Source: a virus. Taken from it: DNA of 39,258 nucleotides. The notes below the pieces were generated by a model, which had not been told where the DNA came from, ran no database searches, and was given only the letters and a program-made list of their open reading frames with translations. The stretch lies in IMG/VR virus record IMGVR_UViG_3300045988_163958, positions 1 through 39,258 of that record; one strand, written 5' to 3'. The position numbers and the translations under genes are program-made. Shown here piece after piece: positions 9,866 to 19,918 of the stretch (the stretch's first letter is position 1; each line of letters opens with the position of its first letter).

Positions 9866-10942
9866 CTACATTGTTATTACCAGATGCAAATCAATCATTG
9901 TATTGGCAAATCTCACATCTCCAGCTAAAAATACTTGATGTCCACTTGGATATCTTAATATTTCTAATTCTGTCAACTCATCTGGATCTTTACCATCTGC
10001 AACTACAACTTGTTTTTGTTTCTCTAGGTCTATTTCTATTCTATTGTCATAATCAGCACTTAATACATTAGGCTGTAGATCTTTAAAGTATATTTTATTT
10101 ACATTAGAACAGAAATTCATCTTATTATCATAATTATTTAGATAAATTCCCATCCAATAGTTTTTAAATGTATCTCTAATATCATCAACAACAATACACA
10201 TACCCTCAACAACTTTTATGAATCTAGTATCAGATTTCCATGTGCTATCAAAAGTAGTTTTACTGTTTACAGCCATGTTTATTCTTACTTTTCCATCATC
10301 ATTATATAGGCTTAACTTTCCTAATGCTGCCTCAACATCTTGAACTTCTTTTAAATCAGTTAAAGTTAAATTATCACCTGATCTATTTAATGGAAGTCCA
10401 GCAAAAACACCAGCGATTCCCATTGTATACTCTTGTGCTGTAAAATCTCCTAAAGTTGATTTATAAGTTCCTTTATTAGCTAATTCAACTATAGACACAT
10501 GGTCTGTATTATTAGCATAAGAACTGACATATTTAACCGTTTTTTTAATTGCTTCAGTTCCAAATACTTGCTTTACCCATGTTACAATAGCAGTATCTTC
10601 TTCATTTGTTGCAGTTGGTGCTGCTAACCAATTCATTTTTCTACTATCCAATTCTTTAAGTATTGCTGATATTTGTTCCTCTGCTCCTTGTACTCTCACT
10701 ACAATCTTTTTAGGACTATATGTTTGCATAGCTAATTTTATTAATTTTATGCTTTTTTCTTCCCATTTGCTTTCATCTAAATCAGCTATAGTGTTTATGG
10801 TTACATATTTTTCAGTTTGTGTTGTATCTTTAATAATTGCATATAATATCCCTAATGCACTTCTTTGGATAACTGTTGTTGCCAAAGTCTTAAAGATAAC
10901 ACTTATATCTGGTGTTGGATTTATTTGTCCTACTCCTGCCAT
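9866..10942 (-). CDS. Tail sheath protein (XkdK-like, short).
   Basis: 358 aa, preceding the tube gene in a contractile-tail module. Confidence 0.5.
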   Translation of the reverse strand: MAGVGQINPTPDISVIFKTLATTVIQRSALGILYAIIKDTTQTEKYVTINTIADLDESKWEEKSIKLIKLAMQTYSPKKIVVRVQGAEEQISAILKELDSRKMNWLAAPTATNEEDTAIVTWVKQVFGTEAIKKTVKYVSSYANNTDHVSIVELANKGTYKSTLGDFTAQEYTMGIAGVFAGLPLNRSGDNLTLTDLKEVQDVEAALGKLSLYNDDGKVRINMAVNSKTTFDSTWKSDTRFIKVVEGMCIVVDDIRDTFKNYWMGIYLNNYDNKMNFCSNVNKIYFKDLQPNVLSADYDNRIEIDLEKQKQVVVADGKDPDELTELEILRYPSGHQVFLAGDVRFANTMIDLHLVITM

Positions 10943-10954
10943 TTATTCCCTCCT

Positions 10955-11407
10955 TTATGACTTGAATGATAAGTTCAAATCTTTAAATTTAACTTCTAAT
11001 TCTTGCATAAGCTCATAATCATATGGTTTTCCATACTGATCAAATAAGCTAATACTAAATTCATAATGCCCTACTGTATCAACTATGTTCATATTAGTAT
11101 CTGACATAGTTAATCTTCTATCTAATACATGCAATATCTTATTTCCTAATATTTCAAAATGATTATCTATATTTTCTAAAGCTTCCCAAGTTTCGGTATT
11201 ATTTCCTTCTTTGCTTTTAGGAAAATACATAATATCATAGTTAAGAGTTTTTAACTCTCTATAATTACTATCCCATTCTTTAGAATAGGTTAATAAATCT
11301 ATGAAATAACATGGTCTGTTTACTTTATTTATATTCTCATATTCAACATCTATTCCTAATTCTGCTACTTTCTTAACAATAGCTTTTCTTATATCAATAA
11401 CTTTCAT
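10955..11407 (-). CDS. Hypothetical neck/tail completion protein.
   Basis: 150 aa, between the head-tail joining genes and the sheath. Confidence 0.3.
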   Translation of the reverse strand: MKVIDIRKAIVKKVAELGIDVEYENINKVNRPCYFIDLLTYSKEWDSNYRELKTLNYDIMYFPKSKEGNNTETWEALENIDNHFEILGNKILHVLDRRLTMSDTNMNIVDTVGHYEFSISLFDQYGKPYDYELMQELEVKFKDLNLSFKS

Positions 11408-11409
11408 AT

Positions 11410-11802
11410 TTACCTCATTAATTTACTCATCATTTTATCAAGGTCTTTATAGAAATTTAATTTTCTATTAAACATAGCCTTATGTAACATTCTTTTTCCT
11501 CTTACAAATCCAACTATCTTTCCACCTCGTTTTAATCTATGTCCATATTCAACATGATTTACATAATCAGTATTGTTATAGACAATTTGAGTAAATGCTT
11601 TTCTTTCTGCTTTTCCTGTTCTATGCCATGCAGCTCTCAATGTTCCTGTATCAACTGGTGTATATTGTTTAACATCTCTTATAACCGCATTAGCTTGCTT
11701 TGATAAAAACTGTCCTGTTTCTTTTGGAAATTCTCTTTTAAGAGTTTCTATTCTTTCAAGCCAGCTATCCATTCCCTTTATTTTCATTTTCAAGCACCTC
11801 AC
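11410..11802 (-). CDS. HK97 gp10-like head-tail joining protein.
   Basis: 130 aa with the motif YGHRLKRGGKIVGFVRGKRML. Confidence 0.45.
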   Translation of the reverse strand: MRCLKMKIKGMDSWLERIETLKREFPKETGQFLSKQANAVIRDVKQYTPVDTGTLRAAWHRTGKAERKAFTQIVYNNTDYVNHVEYGHRLKRGGKIVGFVRGKRMLHKAMFNRKLNFYKDLDKMMSKLMR

Positions 11803-12148
11803 TCAAAAATATCTCTTTATGTGAACCTGGATATAGGAAAGGTTGAGAAGCTCTAAAAGTATAAGTAAAATTATCTCTATAAACTTTTAATTTATCATTC
11901 TGGACTATATCAACATCTGGGGCTATAAATAATTCAAACTCTTGGGTAGAACTGTTTATTTCGCTTATAACAGTTACACTTAATCTTTTTTTGCTTAGTC
12001 TGCAAGGAATAGAAGTATATAAAAGTTTTTCACTTTCTGTATTTCCCCCTTCTGCATCCTTGCCTTTTATAACTCTATATACATCTACAGTATCAGTATA
12101 TAGTTTAGCAAGTGTAGCCGCTCTTTTACTCAATGTTTGTGCTAACAT
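11765..12148 (-). CDS. Head closure / head-tail adaptor protein.
   Basis: 127 aa, placed by synteny. Confidence 0.35.
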   Translation of the reverse strand: MLAQTLSKRAATLAKLYTDTVDVYRVIKGKDAEGGNTESEKLLYTSIPCRLSKKRLSVTVISEINSSTQEFELFIAPDVDIVQNDKLKVYRDNFTYTFRASQPFLYPGSHKEIFLSEVLENENKGNG

Positions 12149-12473
12149 TTACAGTTCCAACCTTTCTAAATCTATTTAATTGTTCTCTCATACTTATAGC
12201 TACCTTATCTTCTTGAGTAGTTCCAGTCGTATATTCTATTTTTGTATCTCCTATAGATGTTGATTTTATTTCTCCAGCTTCTATTTCACTTGTATAACTT
12301 AAAGCCATAGCTTCAGCTAATGGTTCTATAAGTTTTTCTGGAAAATCTTCCCTATTCATATAATTCAAGCTTTTCCTAACTTGAATTTTTATTTCTAGCT
12401 TTGTTTTAGTTTCATCTAAATTAGGAAGAAACGTTTTTATTATTTCGTAAATTTTGTTTATTACATTTTCCAT
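12126..12473 (-). CDS. Head-tail connector (gp6-like) protein.
   Basis: 115 aa, directly after the capsid gene. Confidence 0.35.
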   Translation of the reverse strand: MENVINKIYEIIKTFLPNLDETKTKLEIKIQVRKSLNYMNREDFPEKLIEPLAEAMALSYTSEIEAGEIKSTSIGDTKIEYTTGTTQEDKVAISMREQLNRFRKVGTVNVSTNIE

Positions 12474-12569
12474 TATCTCCTCCTAAGGAGAAAGGGAGAT
12501 TACTCCCCTTCCGTTACTGTTTTAACGCTCCTTTTTCTAGAAGTAGATCTTAAAGTTACAGGAGCTACT

Positions 12570-13397
12570 TCAGGGTCTAGTAATAGCTACAAGTCCAGAT
12601 TTTTTATTATCTAAAATAAAACAATCATAGTAAAATCTACCTAAGAAAAGAGTTCCTGAATAATCTTCTGAATCAGTAACAACTCTATATTCTTGTAATT
12701 TTATTGGTGCTACTGTAGCTGATCTATGAGCGATTAAGCAATCATATTTACCTGCTGTTTCAGATGTTAAGTCATGCATCCAAGCTTTATTTGTCTTTAT
12801 AATAGGGATACCATCAACTTCCCCAACTTGTCCTCTCATTAAAATAGTTCCTTGTGCTAACTCCGAAGCTTTTACGAAGTTAGGATCTAATTTTAATTGA
12901 TTTAGAAATGCTGGTGTCACAAATGCAACCCTTCCAGCTGATGGAATAAAAGCATCATCTAATTTCTCTTGTGCTGCTAAAAAATTTTCATAAGCTTTTC
13001 CTGTTACTCCTGTAACTGCTGTTGATTTGCAAGAATCTAACATTTTTGAAAGTCTATATTCTTCTATTTCAGGTATAACCTTTTCTCTTAGTTGTCTAGC
13101 TAAAACCTCACCTGATTTAATTTTTGTTTCTTCCTCGTCCATTTTATCTAAAAGTATTTTAAAACCTCTATCCTTTGTCATTGTCATCTCTTGAATCACA
13201 TTTTCAATTTGTTGAGCTGCTCCATAACCTGTTTTTCTATTATAATCTTTGTTATCTGCTGTTGTCACAGAAGTTATTTTTATTGTTTGTGCTCCTACAA
13301 AGTCATAATCTTGGTTTACACCTGCATATGTAACTGAACTAGGTGTAAATCTTTCATCTACTTTTTCAGCGAATTTTGCTGTATATGTTATTGCCAT
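12570..13397 (-). CDS. Major capsid protein.
   Basis: 275 aa, after the scaffold gene. Position and size fit a capsid protein. Confidence 0.5.
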   Translation of the reverse strand: MAITYTAKFAEKVDERFTPSSVTYAGVNQDYDFVGAQTIKITSVTTADNKDYNRKTGYGAAQQIENVIQEMTMTKDRGFKILLDKMDEEETKIKSGEVLARQLREKVIPEIEEYRLSKMLDSCKSTAVTGVTGKAYENFLAAQEKLDDAFIPSAGRVAFVTPAFLNQLKLDPNFVKASELAQGTILMRGQVGEVDGIPIIKTNKAWMHDLTSETAGKYDCLIAHRSATVAPIKLQEYRVVTDSEDYSGTLFLGRFYYDCFILDNKKSGLVAITRP

Positions 13398-13407
13398 TTG
13401 TTACCTC

Positions 13408-13899
13408 CTAATAATTATTAAATGCCTTTTCAAATGCTTCTATTTCTTTATCTTTTCCCTCTGGGTTTTTAGACCCACCGTTTAAATCAGTTGGTGTTCC
13501 TGCTCCTTGTGATTTAAAATATTCTCCCATTGCTTCCTGTAGTTCTTTTACACTTTTTTCAATATCTTCTTCTGTTTCTCCTGATACTCTATTTATAAAC
13601 TTATCAGGTAGTTTATATTTAGATAAAACAGATTGCTTTAAACTATTTATTTGAATAGACTTTAAAGCTCCTTCTTTTTCTTCTAATTGCTTTTGATATT
13701 TAGCAAGATCTAGTTTATATTTTTCTTCAGCTGTCATATTAGCTGTTTTTATTCTTTCCTCATAATCTTCAATGGATTCATTGTGCTTTCTTTCAAGCTC
13801 TTTGACTTTAGCCTCCCATTTTTTTTGCTCTCTTGATAATCTATCTGCAATTATTTTATCGATTTCTTCCTGTGTAAAAGTTTTTAAATCTTCTGACAT
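13408..13899 (-). CDS. Scaffolding protein.
   Basis: 163 aa, charged coiled-coil. It lies between the minor head protein and the capsid gene. Confidence 0.5.
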   Translation of the reverse strand: MSEDLKTFTQEEIDKIIADRLSREQKKWEAKVKELERKHNESIEDYEERIKTANMTAEEKYKLDLAKYQKQLEEKEGALKSIQINSLKQSVLSKYKLPDKFINRVSGETEEDIEKSVKELQEAMGEYFKSQGAGTPTDLNGGSKNPEGKDKEIEAFEKAFNNY

Positions 13900-13969
13900 A
13901 TTACCTCCTAGTGTTTTAAGTCTATCTGTAAGACTGATTATTCCATTCTTTATAGTCTTTTATGTTGGA

Positions 13970-14893
13970 CTATTTAATAACAGGTATAGTAGTACTTCTA
14001 CAATTTGGGTGCATTGGTGGATAATTAACTCCTACAGCTGCATCTTTAAGTTTAAAAATTTTACCATTAAGTTCTCTGCATATAGCTGATGTTATATTAT
14101 CTATCTCTGCTAAAAACTCATATTCTTCTATACCATCTTCTTCATATGCTATTTCTGTGGCTTTATTAAGAGCATAATTTAATTCTGTCCTTACAAGCCT
14201 TTGAGTTTCTTTATATCCACTACCCATACGTTCTCTTATTCTTTTATTTAACTCACCAGGATTTATTCCCTGAATAAGAGATTGAGTTATTTCTGATTTT
14301 ATAACCTTACTTAATAAATCTCGGTTACTCCATATTCTTTCAGAAAAGTTTTCTCCACTCCATGGGTACTGTATTGCCCTCTCTATTTGATTAAGAGGTA
14401 AAATTGTATTATTTCCTTTTAGCCCAATATCTGCTTGTATTCCCCTAAAAGTTGTTTCGTATATATCCCTTACATAATTCGTCACCTCCTTTTGTTCTTC
14501 AAATTTCTGTTTATTTATAACTTGGTTAGTTTGTACAATTAAACTTTCAAGTCTGCTAACTCTACTTCTAGTAGCTAATGTTTCAAGCTCTAATTTTATT
14601 TCTTTATATTTTTCAGGATTTACATTTTTGTATTGCTTTAATTCTTTTAAATATCCTTCTATATCTTTTCTCCAAATTTTATATTCATTAGAGTTTAATT
14701 TTTTTTGTGCTTCTGTATAGCTCAATCCAGTTTCAGACATGTATTTTCCAATTAAATTATTTATATCTCCTAATATTTTATCCTGTGCCTTCATGATTTC
14801 AATTTTGAGTGCTTTCTCTGCCTGAATGGTAGTTTTATATACCCTCTTTTCTCTTTCCCTTTGTCTTTTCTCCCAGTAGTTTTTATTTTCCAT
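13970..14893 (-). CDS. Minor head protein of the SPP1 gp7 / Mu F family.
   Basis: 307 aa. The C-terminal motif NYPPMHPNCRST is present, and the gene is directly downstream of the portal gene. Confidence 0.65.
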   Translation of the reverse strand: MENKNYWEKRQREREKRVYKTTIQAEKALKIEIMKAQDKILGDINNLIGKYMSETGLSYTEAQKKLNSNEYKIWRKDIEGYLKELKQYKNVNPEKYKEIKLELETLATRSRVSRLESLIVQTNQVINKQKFEEQKEVTNYVRDIYETTFRGIQADIGLKGNNTILPLNQIERAIQYPWSGENFSERIWSNRDLLSKVIKSEITQSLIQGINPGELNKRIRERMGSGYKETQRLVRTELNYALNKATEIAYEEDGIEEYEFLAEIDNITSAICRELNGKIFKLKDAAVGVNYPPMHPNCRSTTIPVIK

Positions 14894-16223
14894 TTAAATT
14901 ATCAACTGGATTTTTATTTTGGCTATAGAAGTCATCATAACCTTCTGTTTCTTCTTCAGCCTTTTTCTTTTCAATTTCTTTTTTTGCATCTTCTACATTT
15001 GGGAAAAGAGAAATAATTGATTCTGTACTCATTATTCCTGAAAGATTTCTCATAACTTCAGATATCTCTTTGATATTCTTAGGTAGATTTCTAGTAAATA
15101 TTTTCTGTATTTCTATTGGTTTTATATCAGCACCAACATAATCTATTATTAACTGTAATCTTTTGTTAAGCGAATCTTTAAAGTACATTTCCTTTTGACT
15201 TCCTAATTGCTCTAAAGGTAATAGTTTAAATTCAAGAGCTACACCAGAAGTATTCCCAGAAAACTTCTCATCTGTCATATCAGGAGTAAAGCTGAATTTA
15301 TGTATGTCGTTGTTAATTCTATCTTTAACATTTTGTGAATATGTGTCATTAACTTGCTTTATTAACCATTTAGCATCTCCATTATCATTTATCAGCATAA
15401 CTTTATCTTCTTTCATTTGCTTAATATCGTTCTCATCGGTTCCGCCCATATTTGTAAGTACTAAATAAGCGTCTGAAAAGTCGGTTAAATCATCAACTGA
15501 AGTTGAAACAGCTATATTATAAGCATCTATAAGAGTTATTACATTTTCAAAATCTCCTTTTTGATTTTTATTGTTTGAATATTCTATTATTGGAACTTTC
15601 TTAAATCCATGTGGTGTAGGTCCACTTATTGGTGTTTTTGCATTATCTAAATCCTTAGCTGTAAAGTCTGGATCAGTTGCTATATATTGATATGTAGTGA
15701 CATTTAAGCTGTCATACACAGCCAAGGTTACTTGGTATTCTGTAGTTGTTATTTTATTTATTCCAAACCTTATAGCTCCTACTATATTTTTGTCTATTGT
15801 ATTATCTTTTATAACAAATACATCTCTAGGATCTAGGGATTTATGTTTTAGGCTAATAGATTCATCTATATATAACAATTCATATCCTTTTCCAAATATG
15901 CTACAGTTTAAAGCTATTTCATAGTTAGTTTTTTGTTCTTCCTCTGTAGCTAAGTAGTCAACTATTTTCTCATAAGCTGATTGTTTGTCCTCGTCTGAGG
16001 AATAAGATATATTTTTACCTAGAAAATAAGCTGTTGCTATAGTAGAAATATACTCTGGATAGCCAGATGCTATTTTAGTATCGTTTTTATTTGATGTTCT
16101 ATTTGGTTTTTTTAATATAGGCTGGTTATTGTCATAGTAGTCAAACAGCTTCTGTAATCTTGGAAGTTCATTTAATCTATAATCATTAAACCGTTTTATA
16201 TATTCTGATAATCCTAAAACCAT
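14883..16223 (-). CDS. Portal protein.
   Basis: 446 aa, between TerL and the gp7-like gene. Confidence 0.6.
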   Translation of the reverse strand: MVLGLSEYIKRFNDYRLNELPRLQKLFDYYDNNQPILKKPNRTSNKNDTKIASGYPEYISTIATAYFLGKNISYSSDEDKQSAYEKIVDYLATEEEQKTNYEIALNCSIFGKGYELLYIDESISLKHKSLDPRDVFVIKDNTIDKNIVGAIRFGINKITTTEYQVTLAVYDSLNVTTYQYIATDPDFTAKDLDNAKTPISGPTPHGFKKVPIIEYSNNKNQKGDFENVITLIDAYNIAVSTSVDDLTDFSDAYLVLTNMGGTDENDIKQMKEDKVMLINDNGDAKWLIKQVNDTYSQNVKDRINNDIHKFSFTPDMTDEKFSGNTSGVALEFKLLPLEQLGSQKEMYFKDSLNKRLQLIIDYVGADIKPIEIQKIFTRNLPKNIKEISEVMRNLSGIMSTESIISLFPNVEDAKKEIEKKKAEEETEGYDDFYSQNKNPVDNLNGK

Positions 16224-16231
16224 TTCTCCTC

Positions 16232-17569
16232 CTATCTAAAACCTAAAGTCTTTTTATTTATGCTGTTCAATTTGTTTTTAATCATTAATGGTTCTACTGC
16301 ATATCTCCAAGCATCCATAAGGTGATTATAATTATCTATTGGTTTATTTAATGCTTTACCTGTTTTTTTGTCTTCATCCCAAATATAATTTTTTATTTCC
16401 ATAATAAAATTTTTACATTTAGGATGAATATAGACTTTATATCCTTGCAAATACTGAACTCCAAAATTAATGCTATCTCCACCCTTAGCTGATGCTTGTA
16501 TTCTTGGCAACCCATTTCTTTGCATCCAAGCGATTGATTTACTTTCTGCACAATCAGCTATAATTTGGTTTTTGTTATACCCTTTATATTTAATCATTGT
16601 AACTATATCTTCATTAAACATGCCTGTAGCATAATGTTCATCGAATACATATATCTCTTTGCTATTTTCATCTACCAAACAAACTATAAAAGCTGTTGGG
16701 TCATTGCTAAATCCAAAATCTAAACCTGTACAAGTTTTAAATCTATGTGATTTTATAAGTTCAGTTAAATCAAACTCTTTAACTTCCCACCTATAATAAA
16801 CAGTTCCTTCACATATTCCCCAATCTCCATTTCCTTCTACAAAAAATCTTTTTGGATTTTCTTGTTCCATTATTCTAAAAACCTTTTTATCTGCTTCATC
16901 TAAAAATTCATTGGCTCTAAAATTTGTAGTAATTGCCAATATATCTTCTGTATGTTTATGTATTGCTAAACCCTTGCTTAAAAGATTTTCTTTGTCCTCT
17001 ACTCCATCTTTAAAAAAACGTTCATTCATCCAGTGTGTTTCTGCCCAAGGGTTAAAAGTGCAAGTAATTTGCTTAAAAAGATGTTCTGGTACTGCTCCCC
17101 TAATAGATAAATCAATCTTATTAAAATCATCCTCATTTTCTATCTGGTAGGCTTCCTCAAACCAACACCAACAAAGATATCCTGTACTTACTGTTATAGA
17201 GGTTAGCTTTAAGGGATCATCTAATCCTCTAAAAATAATCTTTTGTCCTGTTGGTATGTATGTCATTTCCATTGGGGAAACGGTACATTTCCATAAGTGT
17301 CCCACTTTTAATCTTCTTATTGCTGTTTGTAATTGTGCAAAAGTACTCCCTCTTTGTGTATCAAAGACTTTTCTTACTACAAGCAGATTACTTTCTGGTA
17401 ATTCCATAAGCCTATAAATAAAATTTAAGGCAGTGGTATAGCTTTTTTTACTTCCCCTTCCACCTTTTACTATTCTGTATCTGCCTTTATAGTTCCAAAA
17501 TGTTCTGTATCTTTTTCCTATTACTTCAGGCAAATTAACATCTACATAATTAATCTTCAAGATCGCCAC
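16232..17569 (-). CDS. terL: Terminase large subunit (PBSX/XtmB family).
   Basis: 445 aa. The N-terminal P-loop-like motif is KGGRGSKKSY, and the gene overlaps TerS. Confidence 0.8.
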   Translation of the reverse strand: MAILKINYVDVNLPEVIGKRYRTFWNYKGRYRIVKGGRGSKKSYTTALNFIYRLMELPESNLLVVRKVFDTQRGSTFAQLQTAIRRLKVGHLWKCTVSPMEMTYIPTGQKIIFRGLDDPLKLTSITVSTGYLCWCWFEEAYQIENEDDFNKIDLSIRGAVPEHLFKQITCTFNPWAETHWMNERFFKDGVEDKENLLSKGLAIHKHTEDILAITTNFRANEFLDEADKKVFRIMEQENPKRFFVEGNGDWGICEGTVYYRWEVKEFDLTELIKSHRFKTCTGLDFGFSNDPTAFIVCLVDENSKEIYVFDEHYATGMFNEDIVTMIKYKGYNKNQIIADCAESKSIAWMQRNGLPRIQASAKGGDSINFGVQYLQGYKVYIHPKCKNFIMEIKNYIWDEDKKTGKALNKPIDNYNHLMDAWRYAVEPLMIKNKLNSINKKTLGFR

Positions 17570-18326
17570 TTCCTTTAAACACTGGCGTGTCTATCTTATC
17601 TTTCTCACCTTCAACCTTCTTCCTTTCAATCTCCAGCCTTTGCTTTGCTATGTTTGTGTCTGGGTCTAGACCTGCAAACTTAGTTAACCATGCAAGAGAA
17701 GGACATTTCTCTATTAGTTGTATCTCTGCGCTCTCATAATCATCTTTCTTAGTTATCTTTATTTTTCTAACTAGGCTACCATCTACTTCTGATAAAGGTT
17801 TTAAACTTCCATCTTCATTAAAGTAATCAGTTATATCACTTAGTGCTACCTGAACATGACGATTTATGATCCTCTCTTGTGTTAATAAAAATTCTTGTCT
17901 TTGTTGCTCCTTTAACTTATACAAAAAGTTCTTTACACTAGCCTTTTCTAGCAACTTATAAACATGTGTCTTTCCATAGCTTGGACTATATCCAGCCTTT
18001 ACTGCTGCCTGAAAAGCATTTAAAGATTGCATATAATAATAACAGAAATTCCTCTGTCTATCAGTCAATCCATCTTCTTCATCTACATATTCAAAATCTT
18101 TATCCTCATTAGATATTTTATTCTCTGCACTCTTTTTTAGTGTGTGCATACTTTTGTTTTGTGCGCATACCTTTTCTGCACTCTCTTTTTCTTCTGTATC
18201 CTTTTTCCACTTATATCTAGTTTTCCAAGACTTTACCGTATTGAGAGTTACATTATACTTGGTAGCTATATCTTTATATTTCATTCCTGCTTGATAATCT
18301 TTTTCAGCTAATTCATAATTATTCAT
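17550..18326 (-). CDS. terS: Terminase small subunit with an N-terminal HTH.
   Basis: KYKDIATKYNVTLNTVKSWKTRYKW is an HTH typical of TerS. The gene lies upstream of TerL. Confidence 0.55.
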   Translation of the reverse strand: MNNYELAEKDYQAGMKYKDIATKYNVTLNTVKSWKTRYKWKKDTEEKESAEKVCAQNKSMHTLKKSAENKISNEDKDFEYVDEEDGLTDRQRNFCYYYMQSLNAFQAAVKAGYSPSYGKTHVYKLLEKASVKNFLYKLKEQQRQEFLLTQERIINRHVQVALSDITDYFNEDGSLKPLSEVDGSLVRKIKITKKDDYESAEIQLIEKCPSLAWLTKFAGLDPDTNIAKQRLEIERKKVEGEKDKIDTPVFKGSGDLED

Positions 18327-18453
18327 TTCATTCTCTCAACACCTCCTTGCTTACCTCATCACTACCCTTATCATGTAAGAGTATTAATCAGGTGACTTCC
18401 TCATGGGCCACATACTTGTAGAGGTGTAAGGAAGTCTATATCCTATTATTTAA

Positions 18454-19155
18454 TTAAGCTACTTCTAATAACTTTATGTCATAATTTACTATAGCTATAT
18501 ATTGAGTTCCTAATTCTTTACATTTTTGATATATTTCTTTATAGTAAACTTTTTTCTCCATGTTATCTTTTATAACCTTGCTGAATAAATCTTCTAATTG
18601 CTGTATTGATATAAGCTTTTTAAATTCAATTTTATCTCTTGAATTAGGTTCTACACCTACCAGCTTATTTACCAACTTACTATAAGTCATATAAAGCTTT
18701 CCTGAATTTTGACTTCCTTGTTCTGTTGCATATATTATCAAATCTTGTATAACATCTGTTTCTTTTCTTCTAACTAGCTTTCCTTTCTCTCTAGTTAATA
18801 GCCAGTCTGAATCTTTTTTATTAGATAGTATTTGCTCCATTTCCTCAAATCTGTTGATATATGCCACATTTAAATCAAATGCTTTTTCTACAGAAGAATT
18901 ATAACCACCTATTAATTGGGCTATACCCTTTTTAGTTATTAAATAATTTCTATATACTTGTTTATTTTGTGGATGTGTATATTCACTTGGGATATAGAAG
19001 TCTGCTGAAAGTTTAGCACCCCCAAATCTTTCTACATAATCATCTATTTTAGCCAATAAATTTCTATGTTCTACACCTAATTCTTCAGCTACTCTATTAC
19101 TCGTTGTCACTAAAATTCCGTTTTTATTCTCGATCTTAACTAAAATTTGTTCCAT
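18454..19155 (-). CDS. Phage regulatory protein, Rha/ORF6N-family (antirepressor-like).
   Basis: The N-terminus reads ILVTTSNRVAEELGVEHRNLLAKIDDYVERFG. RBS AAGGAG is present. Confidence 0.45.
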   Translation of the reverse strand: MEQILVKIENKNGILVTTSNRVAEELGVEHRNLLAKIDDYVERFGGAKLSADFYIPSEYTHPQNKQVYRNYLITKKGIAQLIGGYNSSVEKAFDLNVAYINRFEEMEQILSNKKDSDWLLTREKGKLVRRKETDVIQDLIIYATEQGSQNSGKLYMTYSKLVNKLVGVEPNSRDKIEFKKLISIQQLEDLFSKVIKDNMEKKVYYKEIYQKCKELGTQYIAIVNYDIKLLEVA

Positions 19156-19383
19156 TTTCTCATCTCCTTTTTTTATTGAGATGTTGGATAGGCAGTGTAT
19201 ATCCTTACCTATCCATCTTTTATGCAGTTTTTGTTAAAAGTTTGAACTGCTAACAGCGAAAGGTAGTTTGTGTTATCCTAGGCCACTCCTACCAGGTAGA
19301 ATTATTTAAGTTTAAGGACTTCACATATAAAGCTCCTATACCCAGACAGGCGTACTTTACATCTTCACTTATAACCAGTAAAA

Positions 19384-19460
19384 GGGAATAACAGGATTCG
19401 AACCTGTATAATGCTCTCAAGCAATTGTTTTACCTACCTCGTAAGTTAAACTATATTCCC
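19384..19460 (-). tRNA. tRNA-like element. The acceptor stem and T-arm are perfect; the D and anticodon regions are irregular.
   Basis: The minus strand reads GGGAATA...ACAGG-TTCGAAT-CCTGT-TATTCCC. The acceptor stem is 7/7 paired and the T-loop TTCGAAT is consensus. The D and anticodon arms cannot be folded canonically by hand. One option is a TTAC/GTAA stem with loop GAGGTAG. Confidence 0.45.
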
Positions 19461-19756
19461 ATATATCCCCTCGTGTGAGGGAAGGAGGACATTTATATGA
19501 AAAAAATTAGTATGGGGTAGACATCGACCGTGAGGTATACCCTCATTGAAACACATAACTTCAATACTGCTATCTTTAGCCTTTATTATTTCATGTACAG
19601 AGTTATGTGTTTTAATCAAGATAAAATAAAAAAGGTGGACTAAATAAGCCTTAGACTTTTCATCTAAAGATTATTTGATCCACCTTCCTGAGGTCGTAAA
19701 CCAATTATATATTCTATTTTCTATATTATATAATATTATTAGGAATTTTGCAACAG

Positions 19757-19909
19757 TTATAAATCTTCTTTTTTCTGTATAAAAGATTCTGCAATTCTAC
19801 CATTTTTATCCTTTGTTATAACTATCTTGCAACTTTTTAAGTTTAAATCCTGTATAGCTTCTATTGCTCTTTTTTCTTTTTTACCTAATTTAGTTTCTAC
19901 CTTCTCCAT
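19757..19909 (-). CDS. Hypothetical small protein (about 50 aa).
   Basis: RBS AGGGTGGAG is present. The sequence MEKVETKLGKKEKRAIEAIQDLNLKSCKIVITKDKNGRIAESFIQKKEDL is protein-like. Coordinates are accurate to about 1 nt. Confidence 0.25.
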   Translation of the reverse strand: MEKVETKLGKKEKRAIEAIQDLNLKSCKIVITKDKNGRIAESFIQKKEDL

Positions 19910-19918
19910 ACTCCACCC

